NCBI GenBank assembly: GCA_965223705.1
Contig: OZ245015.1
Location: 1,440,001 to 1,504,000, forward strand
Length of the DNA stretch: 64,000 nt
Source of the DNA: Myxococcota bacterium
Lineage (GTDB): Bacteria; Myxococcota_A; UBA9160; UBA6930
Reading direction: 5' to 3'
The notes under the pieces are model-generated. The model had not been told where the DNA came from. It was given only the letters and a program-made list of their open reading frames with translations, and made no database searches. The position numbers were made by a program, and so were the translations under genes. Numbering within the stretch: the stretch's first letter is position 1; each line of letters begins with the position of its first letter. Below, piece after piece: positions 12,740 through 24,245 of this stretch.

Positions 12740-13570
12740 GTGGCAGTTCGAGTCTACAAACCGACTTCGGCGGGGCGGCGCAAGATGAGCGTCTCCGACT
12801 TCGGCGAAGTGACGAGCAAGAAGCCCGAGCGATCTCTCCTCGGAGGCCGTGTCAGCAAGAGCGGCGGGCGAAACAACAACGGTCGGGTCACGTCGTGGCA
12901 GCGCGGAGGCGGTCACAAACGCCGCTATCGCAAGATCGACTTTCGGCGCGAGAAGCACGGCGTACCCGCAAAGGTCGCCGCCGTCGAGTACGATCCGAAT
13001 CGTTCCGCGAACATCGCGTTGCTCCACTACCGAGACGGTGAAAAGCGCTACATCCTGGCCCCGGTCGGTGTCACCGTCGGAACCGTTTTGATGTCGGGGC
13101 CCGATGCTGACTTCCGACCGGGAAATGCCATGCCGCTCTCCCAGATCCCGCTCGGGACGGTCGTCCACGCGATCGAAATGAAGGAAGGAAAAGGCGCGCA
13201 AATGGTGCGGGCCGCCGGCGGCGGAGCGCAGCTCATGGCCCGCGAAGGTCAATACGCCACGTTGCGGATGCCGAGCGGCGAAAACCGCCAGATCCACATC
13301 CGCTGTCAGGCGACGATCGGTCAGGTGGGCAACCTCGATCACGAGAACCGGCGGATCGGGAAAGCGGGTCGTTCCCGTTGGCTCGGCAAGCGTCCGAACG
13401 TTCGCGGCGTCGCCATGAATCCGGTGGACCACCCGATGGGTGGCGGCGAGGGCAAGAGTTCGGGCGGTCGTCACCCGTGCACGCCGTGGGGAAAGCCGAC
13501 GAAGGGACACAAGACGCGCAAGAAGGGTCGCTCCGACAAGTACATCGTGAAGCGGCGAGGGAAGAAATAA
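12740..13570 (+). CDS. rplB: 50S ribosomal protein L2
   Basis: [37 protein letters not shown]. Confidence 0.99.
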   Translation: MAVRVYKPTSAGRRKMSVSDFGEVTSKKPERSLLGGRVSKSGGRNNNGRVTSWQRGGGHKRRYRKIDFRREKHGVPAKVAAVEYDPNRSANIALLHYRDGEKRYILAPVGVTVGTVLMSGPDADFRPGNAMPLSQIPLGTVVHAIEMKEGKGAQMVRAAGGGAQLMAREGQYATLRMPSGENRQIHIRCQATIGQVGNLDHENRRIGKAGRSRWLGKRPNVRGVAMNPVDHPMGGGEGKSSGGRHPCTPWGKPTKGHKTRKKGRSDKYIVKRRGKK

Positions 13571-13845
13571 TGGCGCGTTCACTGAGGAAAGGGCCGTACG
13601 TCGAAACGAGCTTGCAGCGTAAGGTCGCTCAGCAGGTCGAAAGCGGTTCGAAGCAAGTCATCAAGACATGGTCGCGCCGCTCCATGATCACGCCGGAGAT
13701 GATCGGCATTACGTTCCACGTCCACAACGGGAAGCTCTTTATGCCCGTCTACGTGACGGAGAACATGGTCGGGCACCGCCTCGGAGAATTCGCGCCGACG
13801 CGCAAGTTCACCGGGCACGCGACGGACAAGAAAGTGAAGCGCTGA
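13570..13845 (+). CDS. rpsS: 30S ribosomal protein S19
   Basis: [11 protein letters not shown] start overlapping rplB stop (TAATG); [17 protein letters not shown]. Confidence 0.97.
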   Translation: MARSLRKGPYVETSLQRKVAQQVESGSKQVIKTWSRRSMITPEMIGITFHVHNGKLFMPVYVTENMVGHRLGEFAPTRKFTGHATDKKVKR

Positions 13846-14192
13846 TGGCGGTTTCGGCATCCCTGCAGAACACGCGGATCAGCCCGCAGAAGGCGCGACT
13901 TCTCGCCGATCAAGTGCGCGGGCTCGGTATCGAAGACGCTTTGACGATCCTCGAGATGTCGCCGAAGCGTTTTGCCGGGCCGCTCGCGAAACTGTTGCGA
14001 TCGGCTGTCGCGAACGCGGAAGACAAGAACAACCGCGACAAGGCGGGTATCGACATCGACAACTTGTACGTCCAAACCATCACGGTCGACCAAGGGGCCA
14101 GCATGTGGCGAATTCGCGCCCGCGCTCAGGGTCGCGCCGCCTGGATCCAAAAGAAGACCAGCCACGTGGCCGTGGTTCTGGAAGAGCGATAG
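13845..14192 (+). CDS. rplV: 50S ribosomal protein L22
   Basis: RISPQKARLLAD, RAQGRA, KTSHV; TGATG coupling. Confidence 0.96.
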   Translation: MAVSASLQNTRISPQKARLLADQVRGLGIEDALTILEMSPKRFAGPLAKLLRSAVANAEDKNNRDKAGIDIDNLYVQTITVDQGASMWRIRARAQGRAAWIQKKTSHVAVVLEER

Positions 14193-14207
14193 GACGTCGG
14201 AGAGATC

Positions 14208-14888
14208 ATGGGACAAAAAGTACACCCCTACGGTTTTCGCTTGGGCGTCCTCTACGGATGGAAATCGAACTGGTTCGGCGATCGACGCTACGCGGACCAG
14301 GTCCAAGAAGACCACGCGATTCGCAAGTTCATCAAGAAGAAGCTCTACCACGCGGGGATTTCGAAGGTCGTTATCGACCGGACCGGCGAAAAGGTCGTCG
14401 TGAACATCCACACCGCGCGGCCGGGGATCCTCATCGGAAAGCGCGGTGCGGAGGTCGAGGTTCTCCGAGGTGAGCTCGCCTCGAAAACTTCCGGCGAGGT
14501 GTTCATCAACATCAAAGAGATTCGCAAAGCCGAACTCGATGCCCAGCTCGTGGCGGAGAACATCGCGCTCCAGCTCGAACGCCGCGTCGCGTTCCGGCGG
14601 GCGATGAAAAAGGCCCTGACTTCCACGATGAAGTTCGGCGCCGAAGGCATCCGCATCGAGTGTGCGGGTCGGCTCGGCGGTGCCGAGATGGGCCGACGCG
14701 AGCGCTACCTCGAAGGCCGCGTGCCGCTACACACGCTCCGCGCCGACATCGACTTCGGCATGGCCGAAGCGAAGACCACTTACGGCGTGATCGGTGTGAA
14801 GTGCTGGATCTTCCGCGGTGATGTGCCGGACAAAGAGATCCGCGGCTCCTCATTGGCCGAACGCGGCCAGGAACAGGCGGCGAGGTAG
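14208..14888 (+). CDS. rpsC: 30S ribosomal protein S3
   Basis: [26 protein letters not shown]. Confidence 0.99.
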   Translation: MGQKVHPYGFRLGVLYGWKSNWFGDRRYADQVQEDHAIRKFIKKKLYHAGISKVVIDRTGEKVVVNIHTARPGILIGKRGAEVEVLRGELASKTSGEVFINIKEIRKAELDAQLVAENIALQLERRVAFRRAMKKALTSTMKFGAEGIRIECAGRLGGAEMGRRERYLEGRVPLHTLRADIDFGMAEAKTTYGVIGVKCWIFRGDVPDKEIRGSSLAERGQEQAAR

Positions 14889-14890
14889 TC

Positions 14891-15304
14891 ATGCTTCAGC
14901 CGAAGAAAGTCAAGCATCGCAAGATCATGAAGGGTCGCATGAAGGGGAAGGCCTATCGCGGAAGCACGGTCTCCTTCGGCGAGTTCGGATTACAGGCGAC
15001 GACGCGCGGGCGGATGACCGCGCGCCAGATCGAAGCCGCTCGTATCGCCATGACCCGTCACGTCAAGCGCGGTGGCAAGGTTTGGATTCGCGTGTTCCCG
15101 GACAAGCCGATTACGAAGAAGCCCGCGGAAACCCGGATGGGTAAAGGTAAGGGCAACCCGGAAGAGTGGGTGGCGATCGTTAAGCCGGGGAAGATCCTCT
15201 ACGAAATGGAAGGCGTTCAGCCCGAGGTCGCACGCGAAGCGTTCCGCCTGGCGGCCCACAAGCTGCCGTTCCGGACGCGCTTTGTGCAGCGAGAGGAGCT
15301 CTAG
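14891..15304 (+). CDS. rplP: 50S ribosomal protein L16
   Basis: RQIEAAR, RMGKGKG. Confidence 0.99.
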   Translation: MLQPKKVKHRKIMKGRMKGKAYRGSTVSFGEFGLQATTRGRMTARQIEAARIAMTRHVKRGGKVWIRVFPDKPITKKPAETRMGKGKGNPEEWVAIVKPGKILYEMEGVQPEVAREAFRLAAHKLPFRTRFVQREEL

Positions 15305-15501
15305 TGAAGGTCAAGGAACTCCTCGATCTGTCGGCCGAGGAACTACACGCCAAGGGCGAGGAGCTGCGGGGCGAGCTGTTCAGCGTCAACGTGAAGCACG
15401 CAACCGGGCAACTCGAAGACACGGCTCGACTCAAGCGGTTGCGCCGCGATATCGCGCGCGTCGAAACCGCGACGCAGCAAAAGCGGGAGGCCAATTCGTG
15501 A
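15304..15501 (+). CDS. rpmC: 50S ribosomal protein L29
   Basis: [19 protein letters not shown]; position. Confidence 0.95.
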   Translation: MKVKELLDLSAEELHAKGEELRGELFSVNVKHATGQLEDTARLKRLRRDIARVETATQQKREANS

Positions 15502-15758
15502 AACGCGGTCACCGGAGAACTCTCGTCGGAACCGTTGTCGGCGATCAGATGGACAAGACGGTGGTCGTCCGGGTCGAGCGGCTCGTGAAAGACACGTCCT
15601 ACAAGAAATACGTCCGGCGTTACTCGCGGTTTATGGCGCACGACGAAGAGAACGCGTGCTCGGTCGGAGATCGCGTTCAAATCATCGAGCATCGACCGCT
15701 GTCCAAACGCAAGCGCTGGAAGGTTCGGGCCACCGTTGGAAAGGCCGGGGGGGCCTAG
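15498..15758 (+). CDS. rpsQ: 30S ribosomal protein S17
   Basis: GTG 15498; [26 protein letters not shown]. Confidence 0.96.
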   Translation: MKRGHRRTLVGTVVGDQMDKTVVVRVERLVKDTSYKKYVRRYSRFMAHDEENACSVGDRVQIIEHRPLSKRKRWKVRATVGKAGGA

Positions 15759-15767
15759 GGGACCGGC

Positions 15768-16136
15768 ATGATTCAAACCGAATCCAAGCTCGAAGTCGCA
15801 GACAATTCGGGGGCGCGCAAGGTGGCCTGCATCCGCGTCCTCGGAGGGTCTCGGCGACGCTACGCCTCGGTGGGGGACATCATCGTGGTCGCGGTGAAAG
15901 ACGCGATTCCGAACGCCCGGGTCAAGAAAGGCGAGGTCAGGAAAGCGGTGGTCGTCCGGACCAAGAAAGGGATCGGACGCCCCGACGGTTCCTATATCAA
16001 ATTCGACGACAACGCCGCGGTGATCCTCGACAACCAGCGAGAGCCGGTGGGAACCCGGATCTTCGGGCCGGTCGCTCGCGAGCTCCGGGGAAAGCAATTC
16101 ATGAAGATCATCTCCCTCGCACCGGAGGTGTTGTGA
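15768..16136 (+). CDS. rplN: 50S ribosomal protein L14
   Basis: [27 protein letters not shown]. Confidence 0.99.
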   Translation: MIQTESKLEVADNSGARKVACIRVLGGSRRRYASVGDIIVVAVKDAIPNARVKKGEVRKAVVVRTKKGIGRPDGSYIKFDDNAAVILDNQREPVGTRIFGPVARELRGKQFMKIISLAPEVL

Positions 16137-16678
16137 TGCTGCCGCGATTGCAGGTTCGTTATCGGGATACGGTACGCGCGAAGCTGACCGAAGAATTCTC
16201 GTACAAGAACATTCATCAAGTTCCCAGTTTGACCAAGGTCGTCGTCAATATCGGCCTCGGCGAAGCGACGGAGAACGCGAAGCTGCTCGAGCGTGCCAGC
16301 GAAGAGCTCGGCCAGATCGCAGGCCAGCGTCCGGTGATCCGAAAGGCAAAGAAGTCCGTCGCGGCGTTCAAGCTCCGAGAAGGACAATCGATCGGTTGCA
16401 TGGTGACGCTCCGCGGCGCCCGTATGTGGGAGTTCTACGACCGCTTGACCAACGTCGCGCTCCCGCGTGTTCGCGACTTCAAAGGCGTGTCGCCGAAGTC
16501 GTTCGACGGGCGGGGGAACTACACGCTCGGAATTCGAGAACAGATTATTTTTCCGGAAGTCGACTACGACAAGGTCGAGAAGATTACCGGGATGAACGTG
16601 ACGGTTTGCACGACGGCCGAGACGGACGCCGAAGCGAGGGCGCTTCTCGGGCACCTCGGCATGCCGTTCCGCCAATAG
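16136..16678 (+). CDS. rplE: 50S ribosomal protein L5
   Basis: ATG overlapping rplN stop (TGATG); [24 protein letters not shown]. Confidence 0.98.
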   Translation: MLPRLQVRYRDTVRAKLTEEFSYKNIHQVPSLTKVVVNIGLGEATENAKLLERASEELGQIAGQRPVIRKAKKSVAAFKLREGQSIGCMVTLRGARMWEFYDRLTNVALPRVRDFKGVSPKSFDGRGNYTLGIREQIIFPEVDYDKVEKITGMNVTVCTTAETDAEARALLGHLGMPFRQ

Positions 16679-16688
16679 GTGACGCGTT

Positions 16689-17084
16689 ATGATGACTGAC
16701 CCGCTTGGAGACATGTTGACCCGGATCCGCAACGCGTGTCGCGCCGGACACTCGGGGACGCACTGTCCGCCCTCCCGATTGAAGATTGCGGTCGCTGAAG
16801 CGATGAAAATGGAGGGATTTCTCGAGAGCGTCGAGGTCGACGCGGGCGATGGGAAGCCGGAACTCAAGATCGAGATCCGCTACGGCGGCGACGGCGAGGC
16901 CATTCTCGACGGGCTTCGCCGTGTCAGTCGGCCGAGCCGACGTGTTTACGTGGGCGTCGCCGAGATTCCGAAGGTCCGCAACGGTCTCGGAGTTGCGATC
17001 TTGTCGACGCCGAAGGGGATTTTGTCGGACCGGGCCGCCCGCGAAGCGAACGTGGGCGGCGAAGTCCTGTGTGAGGTCTGGTAG
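16689..17084 (+). CDS. rpsH: 30S ribosomal protein S8
   Basis: DPLGDMLTRIRNA, RVSRPSRRVY, GGEVLC. Confidence 0.98.
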   Translation: MMTDPLGDMLTRIRNACRAGHSGTHCPPSRLKIAVAEAMKMEGFLESVEVDAGDGKPELKIEIRYGGDGEAILDGLRRVSRPSRRVYVGVAEIPKVRNGLGVAILSTPKGILSDRAAREANVGGEVLCEVW

Positions 17085-17086
17085 GC

Positions 17087-17623
17087 ATGTCGCGAATCGG
17101 CCGACAAGTGATCGCGCTACCGAGTGGCGTCGAAGTGACCATCGGCGACGGGGAAGTCCACGTCAAAGGGCCGAAGGGCAGCCTGTCCGAGCGCTTTCCA
17201 AACGTCGTTACGATCGAGCTCGCCGACGGTGAGATCCGTGTGACGCGCGGGGACGACAAGAAGTTCTCGAAGTCCGCCCACGGCCTCGTGCGCTCCCTGA
17301 TTGCGAACATGGTTCAGGGTGTCACCGAGGGTTTTTCGCGAGAGCTCGAGATTCAAGGCGTGGGTTACCGGGCCGAGGCGGCGGGAAAGACCTTGAAGTT
17401 GTCTCTCGGTTTCTCGCACCCAGTCGACGTGCCGGTTCCCGAGGGCTTGAGCGTTTCGGTTCAAGACAACCGCGTGAAGGTCGAGGGAATCTCGAAACAC
17501 GCGGTTGGTCAGTTCTCCGCAGAGATTCGCGGGTTGCGCCCGCCCGAACCGTACAAGGGGAAGGGCGTGCGCTACGTCGACGAATACGTTCGCCGCAAGG
17601 TGGGCAAGGCTGGCGCCGCGTAG
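17087..17623 (+). CDS. rplF: 50S ribosomal protein L6
   Basis: [24 protein letters not shown]. Confidence 0.99.
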   Translation: MSRIGRQVIALPSGVEVTIGDGEVHVKGPKGSLSERFPNVVTIELADGEIRVTRGDDKKFSKSAHGLVRSLIANMVQGVTEGFSRELEIQGVGYRAEAAGKTLKLSLGFSHPVDVPVPEGLSVSVQDNRVKVEGISKHAVGQFSAEIRGLRPPEPYKGKGVRYVDEYVRRKVGKAGAA

Positions 17624-17631
17624 AGGTTTTG

Positions 17632-18003
17632 ATGCGAAAGAAGGTTCGAAACAACGTTCGAGGCAACTGGCTGGGTCGCAAGCAGCGCGTCAGTCGCCGC
17701 CTGTCCAACACGGATCGGGTTCGCCTGACGGTTTTTCGCAGCGCGAAGCATATCTATGCGCAGCTCGACGACCCGATCTCGGGCAAGACCCTGGGCTCGG
17801 TATCCACGCGCAAGAGCGGCGTGGTCAGCGGCGATGCGTCGACCGGCGGCATCGAGGCGGCGAAGCAGGTCGGTGCGGCAATCGCCGGTCTCGCAAAAGA
17901 GAAATCCATCGAAGAAGTCGTCTTCAATCGGAATGGCTTCCACTACCACGGGCGCATCAAGGCTTTGGCCGACGCTGCGCGCGAAGCGGGTCTCAGGTTC
18001 TAA
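17632..18003 (+). CDS. rplR: 50S ribosomal protein L18
   Basis: [34 protein letters not shown] 17632 (TTG 17629 alternative). Confidence 0.96.
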   Translation: MRKKVRNNVRGNWLGRKQRVSRRLSNTDRVRLTVFRSAKHIYAQLDDPISGKTLGSVSTRKSGVVSGDASTGGIEAAKQVGAAIAGLAKEKSIEEVVFNRNGFHYHGRIKALADAAREAGLRF

Positions 18004-18005
18004 GC

Positions 18006-18500
18006 ATGTCGAATCTCGCACGCCTCAACGCGAACGAATACGAATTGGCCGATCGCGTCATCCACATCAACCGGGTGGCCAAGGTGGTGAAGGGCGGCCG
18101 GCGCTTCAGCTTCTCTGCGCTCGTCGTCGTGGGCGACGGAGACGGCGTCGTCGGCGTCGGCATGGGCAAGGCCGGAGAAGTCCCCGAGGCGATTCGCAAA
18201 GGTGTGGAGCGAGCGCGCAAGCAGCTCCTCCGGGTTCCGTTGGTCGAGGGCACCCTGCCCCACGAGATCGTGGGTCGCTTCGGCGCCGGCCGCGTGTTGC
18301 TGCGCCCCGCGTCTTCCGGAACCGGTGTCATCGCAGGCGGGGGCGTTCGCGCCGTCGTCGAAGCGGCGGGGGTCCGCGACGTTTTGACCAAGACCCTGGG
18401 AACGAACAATCCCCACAATGTCGTTCGTGCGACGGTCGCTGCCCTTTTGGAGTTGCGCGATCCCGAAGAGCGACTCGCCGAGTTGGGACGCACGCAATGA
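18006..18500 (+). CDS. rpsE: 30S ribosomal protein S5
   Basis: [25 protein letters not shown] 18006. Confidence 0.98.
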   Translation: MSNLARLNANEYELADRVIHINRVAKVVKGGRRFSFSALVVVGDGDGVVGVGMGKAGEVPEAIRKGVERARKQLLRVPLVEGTLPHEIVGRFGAGRVLLRPASSGTGVIAGGGVRAVVEAAGVRDVLTKTLGTNNPHNVVRATVAALLELRDPEERLAELGRTQ

Positions 18501-18679
18501 GTGGAAAAGTTCGGATCACACAGGTGCGCAGCGCCATCGGGTACAACCGGAAGCAGCGCCAAACGCTGCGCGGTCTGGGGATTCGCCGCATGAACCACAC
18601 CGTCGAGCTGACGGCGACCCCCCCGGTTCTCGGCATGATTCGAAAGGTGAGCCACCTGGTCAAGGTGGAGGAGATCTAA
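18497..18679 (+). CDS. rpmD: 50S ribosomal protein L30
   Basis: [32 protein letters not shown] overlap. Confidence 0.95.
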   Translation: MSGKVRITQVRSAIGYNRKQRQTLRGLGIRRMNHTVELTATPPVLGMIRKVSHLVKVEEI

Positions 18680-18681
18680 CG

Positions 18682-19148
18682 ATGCTCGATCGCCTATCTC
18701 CCGATCCGGGTTCACGCCGTCCGCCGAAGCGCGTCGGGCGCGGTCCCGGTTCGACGGTTGGGAAGACCGCCGGTCGCGGAATCAAAGGACAGGGTCACCG
18801 TTCGGCGGGCGAGGAAGTGCCGCTCTACTTCGAGGGCGGTCAGAACTCGCTCGTCCGTCGCATTCCGAAGCGCGGTTTTCACAATATCCACGCCGTTCCC
18901 GTCGCTGCGGTGAACGTGCGCGATCTAGCTCGGTTGGGTGACGGCGCCAGCGTCGATCTCGAATCCCTGGTCGCCCGCCGCCTGGTCCGCCGCGGGTCGA
19001 CGATCGTGAAGATTCTCGGCGAAGGCGAGTCGCCGAAGAATTTGAACGTGAAGGTGCATCGCGTGAGCGCATCCGCTCGACAAAAGATCGAGGCAGCCGG
19101 CGGAACCGTCGAGCTTGTGCCGGTCCCGAAGAAGAAGGGACGTTCCGC

Positions 19149-19152
<4 letters not shown>
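18682..19152 (+). CDS. rplO: 50S ribosomal protein L15
   Basis: RVGRGPGS..GKTAGRG.KGQ, FEGGQ, RRIPKRGF. Confidence 0.97.
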
Positions 19153-20458
<1,306 letters not shown>

Positions 20459-20462
<4 letters not shown>

Positions 20463-21040
20463 CCGCGAAGCGCCTCCTGCTTCTCGGCCCGCCGGGGGCC
20501 GGCAAGGGAACTCAGGCGCAGCGCCTGATCGACGACCTTGGCGTGCCCCAGGTGTCCACCGGCGACATGCTCCGCGCGGCCGTCGCCGCCGGCACGCCTG
20601 TCGGGAAGCGTGCACAGGCACAGATGGAAGCGGGTGAGCTCGTTTCCGACGAAGTCGTCATCGGTGTTGCGAAGGAACGCCTGATGCAGCCGGATGCGGC
20701 GGAGGGGTTCATTCTCGACGGCTTCCCGCGAACCGTCGCGCAGGCGGAAGCCCTCGATGGCTTGCTCGAGGAACTCGGCGTGAAGCTCGAGCGCTGCGTT
20801 GCGCTCGTCGTCGACGAAGAAGAGCTCGTCAAACGGCTCCTCAAACGCGCAGAAATCGAGGGTCGCGCCGACGACAACGAAGTATCGATTCGAACCCGAA
20901 TGCAGGAGTACCGAGAAAAGACGGCGCCCCTGCTCACTTACTACCGCGAGCGCGGCGTGCTCAGCGAAGTCGACGGTCTCGGAACCGTGGACGAAATCGC
21001 CGAACGCATCGGCGCCGCGATCGGAGGCTCTACGGCGTGA
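20459..21040 (+). CDS. adk: Adenylate kinase (short-LID type)
   Basis: [31 protein letters not shown]. Confidence 0.98.
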
Positions 21041-21150
21041 AAGTCCGCGCATCCGTCAAGAAGCTTTGTGAGAAGTGTCGCATCATCCGCCGTCGCGGTG
21101 TGTTGCGCGTGATCTGCGAAAACCCCAAGCACAAGCAGAAGCAGGGGTAG
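21037..21150 (+). CDS. rpmJ: 50S ribosomal protein L36 (Zn-binding type); not in ORF track
   Basis: GTG start; (M)[36 protein letters not shown]. Confidence 0.97.
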   Translation: MKVRASVKKLCEKCRIIRRRGVLRVICENPKHKQKQG

Positions 21151-21160
21151 GAGCTCCCTT

Positions 21161-21544
21161 ATGGCACGAATCGCAGGTATCGACCTGCCGCGAAACAAAC
21201 GAATCGATGTGGCTCTGACCTATATCTACGGGATCGGATCGACTCGAGCGCTGGCGATTTGCGAGAAGGCAGCCGTCGATCGTTCGACCAATACCGATCA
21301 CCTGGGCGAAGGCGAAGTGATCAAGCTTCGCGAGATCGTCGAGCGGGAATACCAAGTCGAGGGCGATTTGCGACGCGAGACGTCGCAGAACATCAAGCTC
21401 TTGATGGATATCGGTTGCTACCGAGGGCTGCGCCACCGGCGGGGGCTTCCCGCACGCGGCCAGCGGACACACACGAACGCGCGTACCCGCAAGGGCAAGC
21501 GCAAGACGGTGGCCGGCAAGAAGAAGCCGCCGACGAAGAAGTAG
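21161..21544 (+). CDS. rpsM: 30S ribosomal protein S13
   Basis: [23 protein letters not shown]. Confidence 0.99.
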   Translation: MARIAGIDLPRNKRIDVALTYIYGIGSTRALAICEKAAVDRSTNTDHLGEGEVIKLREIVEREYQVEGDLRRETSQNIKLLMDIGCYRGLRHRRGLPARGQRTHTNARTRKGKRKTVAGKKKPPTKK

Positions 21545-21551
21545 TTAGGTT

Positions 21552-21935
21552 ATGGTCAAAAAAGGCGGCAAGAAAAAGATCAAGAAGAACGTCCAGACGG
21601 GTGTGGCGCACATTCAGTCCACGTTCAACAACACCATCATCACGATTACCGATCCGGCGGGTGGAGCGCTGGCCTGGGCGACGGCAGGGCAACAGGGCTT
21701 CAAGGGCTCCCGCAAGTCCACTCCCTTCGCCGCTCAGGTCGCAGCGGAAGAGTGCGCAAAGCGCGCGATGGAACACGGCGTCCGAACGCTCAGCGTGTAC
21801 GTCAAAGGACCGGGCGCGGGCCGCGAATCGGCGCTCCGTGCACTTCAAAACGCGGGTCTGCGCGTTTCGATGATTCGAGACGTCACTCCCGTTCCTCACA
21901 ACGGTTGCCGCCCTCCGAAGCGGCGTCGCGTTTAG
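21552..21935 (+). CDS. rpsK: 30S ribosomal protein S11
   Basis: [25 protein letters not shown]. Confidence 0.99.
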   Translation: MVKKGGKKKIKKNVQTGVAHIQSTFNNTIITITDPAGGALAWATAGQQGFKGSRKSTPFAAQVAAEECAKRAMEHGVRTLSVYVKGPGAGRESALRALQNAGLRVSMIRDVTPVPHNGCRPPKRRRV

Positions 21936-21953
21936 GGCTAGAGGAAGGAATTG

Positions 21954-22982
21954 ATGCAACAAGAACTCGTTGTACGGAATTGGCGTGAACTCATTCGTCC
22001 TCGGCGTCTCGAGGTCGAAGACGAAACGCAGGGATCGACTTATGGCCGCTTCTCTTGCGAGCCGCTCGAGCGAGGTTTCGGGCAAACCCTGGGCAACGCG
22101 CTGCGTCGGGTTTTGCTGTCTTCGCTGCAAGGTGCCGCGATCACATCGGTCAAGATCGAAGGCGTCTTGCACGAGTTTTCCACGATGCCGGGTGTGCTCG
22201 AGGACGTCAGCGACATCATCCTGAACCTCAAGGACGTTCGCCTGCGCCTACACTCGGAAGGACCGAAAACCCTGCGCGTGCAGCGGAGCGGAGAAGGCGT
22301 GATCACGGCCGGTGATCTCGTGTCGGACGACGGCACCATCGAGGTCATGAACACGGACCTGAAAATCGCGACGCTGTCGGCCGACGGCGATTTCGATCTG
22401 CTCGCCACGGTCAATCTCGGCAAGGGTTACGCTGCCGCGGAGAAAAACAAAACCGAGGAAATGCCGATCGGCACAATCCCGATCGATTCCGCGTTTTCTC
22501 CCGTCCGGCGTGTCAACTACAGCGTTACGCCGGCGCGCGTCGGCCGAGAGACGGACTTCGACCGACTCAATCTCGAGGTCTGGACCGATGGGTCGATCGA
22601 GCCCGCAGACGCGGTGGCTTTCGCTGCGAAGATTCTGAAGGATCAGCTCGCGATCTTCATCAACTTCGACGAACCCGAGGAGTCCGCGATCGCGGCGCCG
22701 GAAGAGCCGGAATCCCTCAATCCGAATCTCTTCCGCTCCGTGGACGAGCTCGAGCTCTCGGTGCGCTCAGCGAACTGTCTCCAGAACGCGAACATTCGCT
22801 ACATCGGTGAGCTGGTGCAGAAGACCGAAGGCGAGATGCTGAAAACGAAGAACTTCGGACGAAAATCGCTCAACGAGATCAAGGACGTGTTGGCGTCGAT
22901 GGATCTGCACTTGGGCATGACGCTCGACGCATTCCCGTCGCGAATGGAACTCGAGCAGCGCGCCCGCGAGCGCGAGGGGTAA
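21954..22982 (+). CDS. rpoA: RNA polymerase alpha subunit
   Basis: [46 protein letters not shown] 21954 (TTG 21951 alternative). Confidence 0.99.
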   Translation: MQQELVVRNWRELIRPRRLEVEDETQGSTYGRFSCEPLERGFGQTLGNALRRVLLSSLQGAAITSVKIEGVLHEFSTMPGVLEDVSDIILNLKDVRLRLHSEGPKTLRVQRSGEGVITAGDLVSDDGTIEVMNTDLKIATLSADGDFDLLATVNLGKGYAAAEKNKTEEMPIGTIPIDSAFSPVRRVNYSVTPARVGRETDFDRLNLEVWTDGSIEPADAVAFAAKILKDQLAIFINFDEPEESAIAAPEEPESLNPNLFRSVDELELSVRSANCLQNANIRYIGELVQKTEGEMLKTKNFGRKSLNEIKDVLASMDLHLGMTLDAFPSRMELEQRAREREG

Positions 22983-22986
22983 ACCG

Positions 22987-23370
22987 GTGCGTCACCGCAA
23001 GCGCCACGGAAAACTGAACCGCACGAGCGCGCACCGCAAAGCCATGTTGCGCAATATGGTGACGTCGCTTCTCGATCACGAGAGGATCGAGACGACTGAT
23101 GCGAAGGCGAAAGAAGTGCGCCGTCTGGCCGAGCGGATGATCACGCTCGGTAAGCGCGGCACGCTACACGCGCGGCGGCAAGCCCTGTCCGTCATTCGCA
23201 GCAAGCCCGTCGCGACGAAGGTGTTCGACGAGCTTGCCGACCGCTATCGCGATCGCGCCGGAGGCTACACCCGCGTGCTCAAGCTTCGGCAGCGCACCGG
23301 GGACGCGGCTCCGCTATCGCTCGTCGAACTCGTCGACGCGCAACTCACGGCCCCCAACACGGACGACTAA
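22987..23370 (+). CDS. rplQ: 50S ribosomal protein L17
   Basis: [35 protein letters not shown]. Confidence 0.98.
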   Translation: MRHRKRHGKLNRTSAHRKAMLRNMVTSLLDHERIETTDAKAKEVRRLAERMITLGKRGTLHARRQALSVIRSKPVATKVFDELADRYRDRAGGYTRVLKLRQRTGDAAPLSLVELVDAQLTAPNTDD

Positions 23371-23892
23371 GTGCCGTCGCGACGAGGGCCGGCGACCCTC
23401 TTGGCTTGCGCGGCCGTGGGAATCGCGGCCGTCCTCTACTTCACTGCCGAGCGCGAAGACGAGACCATCGCGACCGGACGTGCGGCGCCCGACTTCCAGC
23501 TCGCGTCGATCGACGGCGGGACCGTCTCGCTCGCCGCACAGCGCGGGCGGCTGGTCTTTCTCAACTTCTGGGCAACGTGGTGCAAGCCCTGCGAGGAAGA
23601 GATGCCCGCAATGGAGCGCCTCTATCGAGACTTGCGAGGCGACCGGTTCGAGATGATCGCCGTGGCCGTCGGCGATCAGGCCGATGATGTCCGCGCGTTT
23701 CGGGATCGGCTCGGCTTGTCGTTCCCGATCGTCCTCGATCCGGATCGCTCCCTAGCGACCGAGTACCAGAGCTTTCGTTTCCCCGAGACGTATTGGATCG
23801 ACGAAGACGGAGTGCTCGTCGCCCGCTTTATCGGCCCGCGAGAGTGGGACGGAGAAGACTACGTGAAGCGGCTCCGAGCGGAACTCCCGTGA
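23371..23892 (+). CDS. TlpA/ResA-family membrane-anchored thiol-disulfide oxidoreductase
   Basis: N-terminal hydrophobic anchor, APDF, LNFWATWCKPCEEEMP, FPET. Confidence 0.9.
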   Translation: MPSRRGPATLLACAAVGIAAVLYFTAEREDETIATGRAAPDFQLASIDGGTVSLAAQRGRLVFLNFWATWCKPCEEEMPAMERLYRDLRGDRFEMIAVAVGDQADDVRAFRDRLGLSFPIVLDPDRSLATEYQSFRFPETYWIDEDGVLVARFIGPREWDGEDYVKRLRAELP

Positions 23893-24200
23893 GTGATCGC
23901 CTCCGCCAAGCGCTCCGCGTCGCACCGGCTTTTCTACTGGTGGCGATCTGTATTGCCGCTGCCAGTCGCGACTCCGGAATTCCGGCGTTGCTGCGGCTCG
24001 AGGCCGATCGCCGCGAGGCCGAGCACCGAATCGCCTTGGCGAGCCGATCGGTCGCCGATCTCGAAGCGCGCGCGACCGCCCTTCGAGACAGCGAATTCGA
24101 GCTCGAGCGGGCGATCCGCAACGACTTGCGGTTGGCCAAACCCGGCGAGATCGTGGTCATCGTTCCGGGACGAGAACGCGGCGAGCTGGCTCTCCCTTGA
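23889..24200 (+). CDS. ftsB: Septum formation initiator (FtsB/DivIC-like)
   Basis: GTG overlapping upstream stop; single TM, coiled coil, ERAIRNDLRLAKPGEIV resembling E..AR..LG..KPGE. Confidence 0.7.
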   Translation: MSDRLRQALRVAPAFLLVAICIAAASRDSGIPALLRLEADRREAEHRIALASRSVADLEARATALRDSEFELERAIRNDLRLAKPGEIVVIVPGRERGELALP

Positions 24201-24210
24201 TTCTCATTCC

Positions 24211-24239
24211 TTGACGTTGCGACGGATGCCCGCGAGTCT
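24211..24239 (+). promoter_or_regulatory. Putative promoter for argS (possibly leaderless)
   Basis: TTGACG-17 nt-GAGTCT, ending 6 nt before ATG 24246. Confidence 0.45.
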
Positions 24240-24245
24240 CGCCTT

